64,000 nt of DNA from Schmidtea polychroa (lineage: Eukaryota): the NCBI GenBank assembly GCA_044892525.1, contig CM097885.1, forward strand, positions 372,001-436,000. Direction: 5' to 3'. Each line of letters starts with the position of its first letter. The first letter of the stretch is position 1. This document shows, one piece after another, positions 54,480-64,000 of this stretch. The position numbers and the translations under genes were made by a program. The notes below the pieces were generated by a model, which did not search any database, was not told where the DNA came from, and saw nothing but the letters and a program-made list of their open reading frames with translations.

Positions 54480-57400
54480 TTAGTCGATGTATGTGTGCTC
54501 GCGATATGTATGGTAGCTACTGACAATGGCTGCCGTGCATGCTACTCTTGAGATTGATTTTATCTCTTTTTTGGTTAGTCCAATTATTTTAAGTCTTGTA
54601 TCGTTTTCCTTATCCCACGATCCAAGAGTACCTACTACAAGTGCTGCAGCTGTTGTTTTACATTTATATGCGTGGCCTATTTCAAGTGCCAGATTTTTAT
54701 ATTTTTCAAAATTATTATCCCTAGCTATTTTAAAGTTTTCACGATTTTCGTAAGGTACTTTAATGTCTAGGATATGTATTAGGGAGTTCCTGGACGATTT
54801 AATTATTATGTCGGGTTTAAGTGTAGTTTTGACACCTTCGGGGCAGATTTTAATGTCCATTTTGAAGTTTAGTTGGGTCAGGAGGTCAGTGACAGCTTCA
54901 AGTACACGCGAGTGTTTATTTCTCTGTGCATTTATTTTTACAGGGCAATGATTGGATATGTGGGCCTGTGTTTCAGGAAAGGCTCCACATTGTCTGCATA
55001 AAGTGCTTAAATTGCCTTTTATTCTATGTGGAGTATATTTAAGGTTGAGAATATTGTTTCGTGCCCTTAAGAGGAAAAGAAATTGGGCATCGTTTAGAGT
55101 ATCAGTTTTTATAAAGTAGTCTGCTGTTGTACTATCAGAGATGGATTTGGCCTCCCATTTTAGTTGAGGCATATAAAAAGTTATTATTAATATTAATAAT
55201 TCTGTCACCTATAAAAGTCTTTATTATCATTTTTATTTTTTGGTCAAACCCTTTTTGGGGTTTTCTATATTTAATAATATTATCCTTATGAGAATCAAGC
55301 ATATTGTGAGCTATTTCGCAATTACGTAAGGTGAAAGAAAGACGTGAGTGGATAAAGATCTTATAGGCATTAAGTTTTTGCGAGGGATGTAGGTGAGAGT
55401 CGAAGATAGACTTTGTGTCTTTTATGGCATTATCGAGTCTTTCATCTATGTTATGCCTCAGTTTGAAAGAAAAATCAACTCCAAGATATCTGTAAAGGTT
55501 GGAGTCATCAATTCGCGGAATAAGTTCATTATAAAGTTTTATAGGAGAATATTCATAATCATGGTTAATGTGAAAGTAACCAGATTTAGAGGGTTTGAAT
55601 AGAAGGTTAGCCATAGAAGCGAGACGTACAGTTTCGAGAAGAGCGGCGCTTATAGAGGTATATGAATTAGCAACAAGGACAATGTCATCCGCATAAGCAA
55701 GTATGCCGACATTATGACCATGGAAAAGAAATGGATGATTTTGCAAGATATTACGTAGTATGAAGTCTATAGATAAACAGAAGAGGGTCATAGACAGGGG
55801 ACAGCCCTGTTTTACACCCTTAACAATTGGTACAGAAGAGGATTTTTCCCCCTCGCAGTCAAATATAGTATTTACGTTGCTATACATATCCTGTAGTAGC
55901 AAGATGGTTTTTGAGTCAAGACCCATTTGGGAGAGGGTGTGCCAAATTAGATCATGAGGGAGCGATCCAAAAGCGTCAGAGATATCTAACCATATAATGT
56001 GGAGGTCAGTTTTTTTACGAAAGGAGGATTCCTTAAGAAGATGTAGGATAAAGTTATGCTCAGAACAACCATCTGGAGCACCAATGGCTTTTTGGTTGCA
56101 TGTCAATAAATTACCGTCTTTGATCCACGATAAAAGGCGGTTATTTAGGAGGGAAGAGAAGATGCGATATGCAGTGTTCATTAAGGAGATGGGGCGCCAA
56201 GAGCTGGCCTCGTGACTGATTTTAGCTTTACCATTTTTCAGTAGGAGTTTCGTACGGAAAGTTTTCCAGGATGATAAGATGTTGTTACAGAGCGATAGAA
56301 TGAAGCTGAAGTCAGGTGAGATTTTTTCCAATCAGCCAAAGTGATTCCATCGAGTCCTGGAGCAGTGTTTTGAAGTTGTGAGAAAATGAATTTGATATCA
56401 TTCAAGGCAAAAGGAGTAAATGAGAGTTTTTCCGGTAAAGATGGAAGGTTTTTAATAAGATCCGTATTGCAGTGTGCGGAAGTACCTGCGAAAATTCTCA
56501 CAATATTAGACATAGTTCGTTTGCTACACTCAACTTTATTATTTAAGATCTTTGTTATCTCCTCTTTAGGTTTAGTTTTATATTTAAAACGTTTAATGCA
56601 GAGCAGTTCATTTTTTGTCCTAGTTTTCTTATGGACAATGTCTGCTGGTTTTTTAATTTTATATTTATCAGGAGAAATAAATGAATTTATTTTTTGCATT
56701 TCATTAAGGGCTGTTTCACAGTCCATATTATTATTATTTAAATTAATTATTATGCTTTTAATAAGTGGGGAATATTTTTTAATATTATCTTTAGGTATTT
56801 TATGAGAAATATAGTTTTCGATAACAGTTCTGATATATTTTTGCATGATATCAATTTTAGGAGTAGTTAATTTTGTATTTCTTATTAGGCATTTGATGAA
56901 GTGGCACACAAAAAAGGCAGATTCGTTTGAGGAAGAGCAACGGGGGTACTCATATTTAGTGAGTCTAATTGTGATTGGTGAGACGATTTTTTGAAGATCA
57001 AGAATGGTATTAAGTATGCTATTTGCTAGAGATAAGTGTATGGAGTGGCTATCATCAAGTAAAGGATCTATTATAACAGCAAGATGTCTCCGCTATTATC
57101 GAGATAGAAGAAAAACCAGTTGTCTTTGCCGTTTGACATTGGCATAATGATTTCGTTCCACTCAGCGAAATCTTTGAAAGGGAAGGAAGAAAAGAAAGTT
57201 ATGTAATTGTGTTGGATTAGAGCGTTACCAACAAAGGGGTCAACGAAGATGGTGGATTTTTTGATGGCGAAGGAGTAAACGAATGCCTTTATTGTGTGCT
57301 GGGACCATCAGGCTGACTCCTTATCAACATTATTAGTGAATAAGCAATCATCTGGTATATCCCTACTAAATTCAATATTAATCATATCTTCATCTGAAGA

Positions 57401-59545
57401 AGTTAGTTTTGCTTCCTGGGTGTTTACAGGCACCTCCGGGGTGTTTACAGGTATCTCGAGGTTAACTGCAATCACCTCCTGGGTGTTTAGAATATTGTTT
57501 AAAATATTATCATTAATATCCATGGATACAGGCATTTCGGCGGTATGATTTTGTGATGTTAGTGGGATATTATTAGTGTTAGGTGGTATTGGGTGTCTTT
57601 GGGCTATATGATTTATAATGTCATCTATTGGGACCCAGCTCTTACATGCGCAGTATATATCTGCATTTTTATCAAAGATTCTATTCCTATGCATTTTAGA
57701 CATGTGCTCCCAAACACATGCCAATGGAGTGTCCCAATTCCACGTCGTAAAGCATTTTTTGTAATTTTTATTGTTACTGTTACACGTTAGGCGATTATTT
57801 TTATCAATTTTAATATATATCATTTTAAGGGTATCTTTGTCGTTTTGCAGCTCGTGCACATACTGCTCGACATGTCTATATATGCCCCTGTGTGTAACCG
57901 GATATATAACGTAGCGTTCGTCATCACCTTTGCATTGGCCGCAGTCTATGATGGAGTTTTCAGTGATAGTGATGTTGTGTCTTTCGAGTGCGTGCTGGGC
58001 CATTTTTTCCCTATTGTAAATGGATATCGCTCCACAAAAAGGTGTGCGTAAGTGGTGTTTGCATCTACATTTCCCTCTGGAGTTGAAATAGTAGAGATTA
58101 GGGTCTTGCATATAAAGTGATTTCAGGCTAGGTGGTATTAAGGTTTGGGTTGGTTTTGGGATTTCGCCTATGTCAATGGATATTTTTATTCCAACAAGGG
58201 ATTTGGGTTTATTGCAGTTACAACATTTAGAGTTGTTAGCATTATTATTATTAATATTATCAGTGTCATCTGCTCTATTATCATTTTCATTAGTTATGGG
58301 TAAGTGGTCGATCAGAGCGATGGTGTTATTGGGATCATTGGAGAGTAAGGAGGAGTTGGGTTGAAGATTTTCGTTAAGGAGTGATGTTTCGTTTAAAGGG
58401 GAAAGTTTAAGAGAAATAGGGTTTATGAAGAGATCCTCAGCGTCATCAGTTACAGAGTGTCTCTGTACTGAACCCTCTATGATATCTTGAGAGTCGTTTA
58501 GGTTTACTAAGTCTATGGAGATGTGGGAGCTAGTTGTTTGGATGATAGAAGTGTCGTTTAACGGAGAAGGTTTGAAGGATATGGGAATTATCATAGAGTC
58601 ATTATCAAAGTAAGAGTATTTTTTTGAGATGTTGGATTCATCTTTTATGGGAGTTTATGTAATATTTGGGATATAGAGATTAGCGGGATTAGTATTGGAT
58701 GAGTCACTGCTGGATAGTTGGACATCATCGCAGTCTTCGTCAAGATCACAAGTGTTAGTTTTATTGGATTAAGTAAGAAAGAGTATTATTATCCATAGTG
58801 TCTGTCGAATCTTTATGGACTGAAGCGAAAGGAGTTGTAGTAGAGCTTAAAGGTAATGGCCTTGACAAGGTGTTTGTTGTCAAAAATTCTCTTGATAATC
58901 GAGCAGATGAGACAATAGGTGTATTTTTATGAAAATTTTTATTATAATTATTTTTTGATAATTTAATATTAGAGTTAGTAAATTTAAAGGATTTTAATAT
59001 TTTATTTAGGCTAGAAGGTTTAGTTATATTGATCTTTTTAGGTAAATTGGGGATAGCATGGTTATGGTCTAACGAGGTGATGATTAGTTTTGAATAATGG
59101 GATCGGGTGGGGTGAGAGATCAAAGGCTTTTTAATAGTATCATCGTGGGTGAATTTGTGAATATTTAGAGGAATGATCGGTTTAGAAAAGTGAGATCTTA
59201 AAGGATGGAGAACTATCGGTTTTATGATAACGGGTTTATTGGAAGTGAAGGTGCTATCGGGTTTAATAATGATGGAAGAAAGGCTACCTCGTAGGGTATT
59301 TTTGGTATAGTCAATAGTTGAGGTACGGATGATATTGGATAAAGGGTCAGTTTGTTCATTATTAGAGAGAAGCGTATTATTGTATTTTGATAAAGAGCTA
59401 TCATGATTTGTTTTAGGAGTGATGGGGGCAGAGTTAGAAGATACTGGAAAAGAGCTAACAGTTAAGTCTTTAAATGTAACTGTCTTAGATGATCCGAGTC
59501 GGCCGTAGGCCGGCGAGGTGTGTCTTTTCTCGTGTTCCGAAGGAA
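54480..59545 (-). mobile_element. Near full-length NeSL-like LINE (Ser/Pro-rich region, Zn fingers, Ulp1-like domain, RT, CCHC, restriction-like endonuclease), frameshifted with deletions
   Basis: WRPISL, WLDISDAFGS, GVKQGCPLS, AYADD, YLG, CRQC..ETQAHISNHC, RNKH, KPDIII...ILDIKVPY and VVGTLGSW. Confidence 0.93.
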
Positions 59546-62500
59546 AGGTGAGGTCAGATGAGTTTAGAGCACGCGATAGGTGTACAATGCTTTGTATTAC
59601 ATATTCGTCTATTGCAGCGGTAAGTCCAAGTCCGCCCATTTTTATAGAGGCGTATATGAAGTTGTTGTTAAATTGTAAGAGATTATCCCCTAGAGAGGTT
59701 TTTATCATTTTTCTAATCTTATTGTCAAAACCTTTTTGGGGGACACGATCTTTTATGAAGATATCTTTATGAGAGTCTAGTATTTTATGGAGGATTTCAC
59801 AATTACGGAAGGGAAAGATCAATCGAGAGTGTATGAATATCTTGAAGGCATTAATCTTCTGAGATGGGTGAAGATGTGAGTTTAGGATTTTTTCGGTATC
59901 GTTAATAGCGAGTTCAAGTCTTTCATCAATATTGTGCCTTTTCTTATAAGCAGATATCTGTAGAAGTTCGAGTCGTCTACTTAATGAGTTGAAGGATAAG
60001 ATTATGTTCAGCGCATCCATCGGGAGTGCCGATTGCTTTCTGGTTTTTCGAGATAAGGTTACCCTCTTTGATCCATCCAAGAAGTCTGTTATTAAGAAGT
60101 GAGGAGAAAACGCGGTATGCTGTATTCATGATGGAGATCGGTCTCCATGAACTTACCGGCTTTGAGGATGAGTTTTGTCCTGAAGGTTTTCCAAGTAGAT
60201 GGACAGAGGGAGTTCCTTTGGATGTTATTACATATAGAGAGAAGAAGTTCAAGATCTGGTGATATCTTTTTCCAATTGGCAAGTGTGATAAGATCTAATA
60301 CTGGGGCGGTATTGTCAAGATTGGAGACAATGTATTTGATCTCATCAATATCAAAGGGAGTAGAAGAGTAGTTTTCTGAGAAGAAGCAAAGGAGGTTAAT
60401 AGAAGGCGGATTTGAGGGGATCAATTCTCCTGCGAAGAGTTTGAGAATATTGGTCATAGTGGGTTTTTGGAAGGTAAATTCATTGTTCAAGATCTTGGGG
60501 TCAAATTTGTATCTGTTCCTTTTAATAATTAATAATTCTTTGTCTAGTTTTTTTGTCTTATGAATAATGTCGGCTGGTTTTTTATTTATGTATTTTAGGG
60601 CGTTAATATTTTCATTAATCTTTATAATTTCACCAAGGACTGTATCACAGTCAGTTGTATCAGTATTTAAGTTAATTATGAGACTATTGATAAATGGTCG
60701 ATATTTTCGCACATCAACATTAGCCATTCTGTTATTAATAATTTTTTTAATTATACTTTTTATCTTATCAGTCATACTCTGGATGTTTGGGGAGGTAATC
60801 GTATCATGTTTCATCAAGCATTCAATCATATGGCATACAAAGAAGGCTGATTCATAAGGAACGCTGCATCTGGGGTATTCAAGATACTGAAGGTTGATGT
60901 CTAAAGGAGAGACAATTTTTTGTAAGTCAAGAATGGTTTCAAGGATATTATAAGCAAGTATTTGATGGGTAGAGGGACATTCATCAGTGATAGGGTCAAT
61001 AAGAGTTGCGAGTTTACGGCGCTTGTCAAGAAAGAAGAAGAACCAATTGTCCTTGGAGTGGCACATTGGCATTATGATCTCATTCCAGTCAGCAAATTCT
61101 TTAAAGGGAAAGGATTCGAAGAAGGTTTTGAAGTTGTGCTGAATGAGTGCGTTTCCAATATAGGGGTCAATGAAGATAGAAGCAGGTCTTATGGCGAAAG
61201 AGAAGATGAAGGCCTTGATTGTATGCTGTGACCATCATGCAGCTTCTTTATCAATATTGTTTGAGAAAAGGATATTATCAGGTAAGTCCCTGGTAATAAT
61301 TTCATTATTTAGCGGAGATAGGATTGCCTCTTGGGTATCCAGGATGTCTGTAAAAACATTATTTATATTATTATTAGTTACCTTAGAAGAATTGTTGTTT
61401 TCAGGGATTATTCTCTATATGATTTTTTGTATCAGCGTAATTTATCCACTCTCCACAGAAACAGTAAATTCTACGATTAATATCGAATTTGAGGTTTTTA
61501 TGATTTTTAAAGATATGGGACATAATAGTATCTAGGGGAGTATCAATGTTAAATGAGTCAAAGCATTTGTTGCAGTTTTTGTTCCAGAATTTGCAAGCAA
61601 GGAGATTTGAGGGTATAATTTGAAGTGAGACAATTTTTAAGAAGTCCTTACTTACACTACAATGGTGTTGGAACTGAGAGTTGTGGTTAAGAAGGTTCCT
61701 AAGTGTGATAAGATTAAGTGTGGACCTGCTTCCCTCTCCTTTGGGTCTACATTGCAGGCAATCAATAAGTGAGTCGTATGTGATGGTCATGTTATGGGTG
61801 TCTTGTGCATGTGAGATGATTTTGTCATGGTCTATAGCAGATATAGTGCCGCAAAAATCCGTGTGATGAACACCTCGGCATTGTAGTTTGCCTCTCGAGT
61901 CAGAAAAGTAGAGTATGTCGTCATTTAAGCTATTTGTTTTAAGGTCTTTAGGGATTTTGGACTTTCTTGGTTTGATTAGATCGTTCGGGGGGACATAAAG
62001 AGTAATCATTTTGCCTGCTACTTCCAGGCCTTTCTGGAAATCACTGTCAGATTTCTGTTGTATAGGTGTAAATGTGGAAGTGTAAATCGATTCCCTTTAT
62101 CAGATGGTAAGGTGTCGTTTTTACGCTTAAGATTAGGCAAGTCAGAATTTGCAAGAGGTATTAGTCTTTTGGGTATTGCTGGAGAACTGTCAAGGTCTAC
62201 TTTTTCAGCTAAGGAGCTGTTTTCAGCTACCCTTTCTTTATTAGAATTGAGTAAGGTTGAGGAGTCATCAAGAGGTGAAGGTCTAAGTGAGAGGTTATAA
62301 ATTTTGGAGTCGTCATTAGATTCAGTCAGAAGAGGGTTGTTTTGAGGGAAAGATGTTGGAAGAGGATTGAGGCTATCAGTTAGAGATACATATTCAGTGT
62401 TGATACGAGTAGGTCGAGTATTACGAAGAGGAGTAGTAGGTTCATTAGTGCTGGAGCTGCTTGATAGGATGACGTCATCGCAGTCAGAGTTAAAGAGATC

Positions 62501-62597
62501 GCTTGGGTATTCAGGAGGTCTTTCTGAGGTGTCAATAACTTCCTCACCATCCGACATAGGGGACTCGATTGTGTCATAGTAGGTACAAGTGCGCTGC
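59546..62597 (-). mobile_element. Second, divergent NeSL-like LINE with a large RT deletion, truncated at both ends
   Basis: ORFs 62018..62599, 61401..62009, 60092..61072, 59977..60282 and the start of 58761..60080 are paralogous to the adjacent element. Confidence 0.88.
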
Positions 62598-62720
62598 ATG
62601 ACTCATCATTACCCCCCCGCCCCCCGCCCCCGGTGAGTCATAAATGACGTCATCCATGACTCATCGCGCATGACTCACCGGCGATGACTCATCGCACATG
62701 ACTCATCAAGGGTGACTCAT
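62598..62720. promoter_or_regulatory. Dense AP-1/CRE motif cluster
   Basis: Seven TGA(C/G)TCA, one TGACGTCA and GC boxes in ~120 bp. Confidence 0.6.
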
Positions 62721-62769
62721 TTCAAATTTAAATTTCCAAAGGTCAAATAAGGTCAAACCTTCACCCAAG

Positions 62770-62879
62770 GGTATCATTAGAAAAGTATTTGAGAGGTCAG
62801 TTTGATGGTCATACCCTCGAAGGTGTATGGTGGGTCCTTAACCTTCAAATGGTCAAAAACCTTCGAATGTTTTCAAACC

Positions 62880-62934
<55 letters not shown>

Positions 62935-63700
62935 TTCGAAAGGTATATGAGAGGAAAGTTTGATGGTCATACCCTCGAAGGTGTATGGTGGGTCCTTAAC
63001 CTTCAAAGGGTCAAAAACCTTCGAATTTTTTCAAACTTTGTAATATATATATATCATTCGAAAGGTATTTGGGAGGTCTATCTAATGGTCATACCCTCGA
63101 ATGTATATGGTGGGTCAATAACCTTCAAAGGATGTCCAAAATTAAATATTTTTCAAACCATATAATATATATATATATATATCATTCAAAAGGACTTTTG
63201 ATGGTGAGTTCGAAGATCCAAGGGTCGAAGGGTCCAAGGTTCAAAAATTTTAAAACCTTATAATATACATATCAAACGAAAGGTATTTGAGATGTAAGTA
63301 TCATGGTCATACTTTCAAAGGTTTATGAATGGTCCTTAACCTTGTAACCTTCAAAGGGTCCAAAACCTTTAAAAATTATACATATAGATATATACATGTC
63401 AAATAAAAGGTAATACAAAGGTGAGTATGATGGTCATACCATCAAAGGTCATACCCTCCAAGGGTCCAAGGATCAAATTTTTTAAAACCTTATAATATAC
63501 ATATCAAACAAAAGGTAATTCAAAGGTGAGTTCGAAGGTCAAAGGGTCGAAGGTTCAAATTTTAGAAACCTTATAATATACATATCAAACAAAAGGTAAT
63601 TCAAAGATGAGTATGATGGTCCAAGTTTGAAGGTCAAAGGATCCATGGTTTAAATTTTTCAAACCTTATAATATACATATCAAACAAACGGCAATACAAA
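62770..63700. repeat. Diverged tandem repeat (~75-160-bp units) with embedded (TA)n
   Basis: Recurrent aaaggta...gatggtcataccctcgaagg...accttcaaa...aaaccttataatata units. Confidence 0.85.
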
Positions 63701-64000
63701 AGTACTCATCGATGACTCATTTAATTTTTTTTGAACAAAGACAATGACTCATCATTTTTAGAACAAAGACATATGTTTTCAGAACAAAGACAATGGCGCG
63801 CCCATGGGATTTATTATTTATTACTATCAATAGTAATATTATTATTTATTATTATTATTTTCGAAGATATTTTCAAATTTATTATTAATATTATTATTAT
63901 GATTATTTATCAAGGTCATTTAAACAAAACCATGACTCATCCGCTGAGTCATCAAAGTCGTTCTATTTTTAGTAACAAAGACTACTATTTTTAGTAACAC

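Noticed and set aside
58761..60080. 439-aa ORF as a novel fusion gene
   Set aside because: Chance read-through across a deletion and a junction between two LINE copies.

Overview
AT-rich eukaryotic (probably invertebrate) repeat-dense DNA with no recognisable intact host gene. A planarian-type host is plausible from the AT content, ~45-nt introns and NeSL-like LINEs, but this is inference only. Three kinds of mobile DNA are nested here. (1) Endogenous Polinton/Maverick (adintovirus-like) sequence fills ~7.6-51 kb. It includes at least three divergent protein-primed PolB lineages in many fragments, candidate AG...CT termini with ~30-bp subterminal arrays, and one largely intact gene cassette (25.6-29.5 kb) with an A32/FtsK packaging ATPase, a basic core-like protein and a retroviral-type integrase. 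(2) Non-LTR retrotransposons with a restriction-like endonuclease (NeSL-like and R2-like) lie at both ends of the window and around 21 kb. (3) A Buster-type hAT transposon sits in PolB and was copied three times together with its target. Two observations stand out. The Polinton cassette carries a compact TATA-binding-protein (TBP) homologue head-to-head with the ATPase. Its genes also appear to be spliced, and two very divergent PolB lineages share the same leader of three phase-1 micro-exons. No major capsid protein or adenain protease gene was recognised, so no complete element is present.
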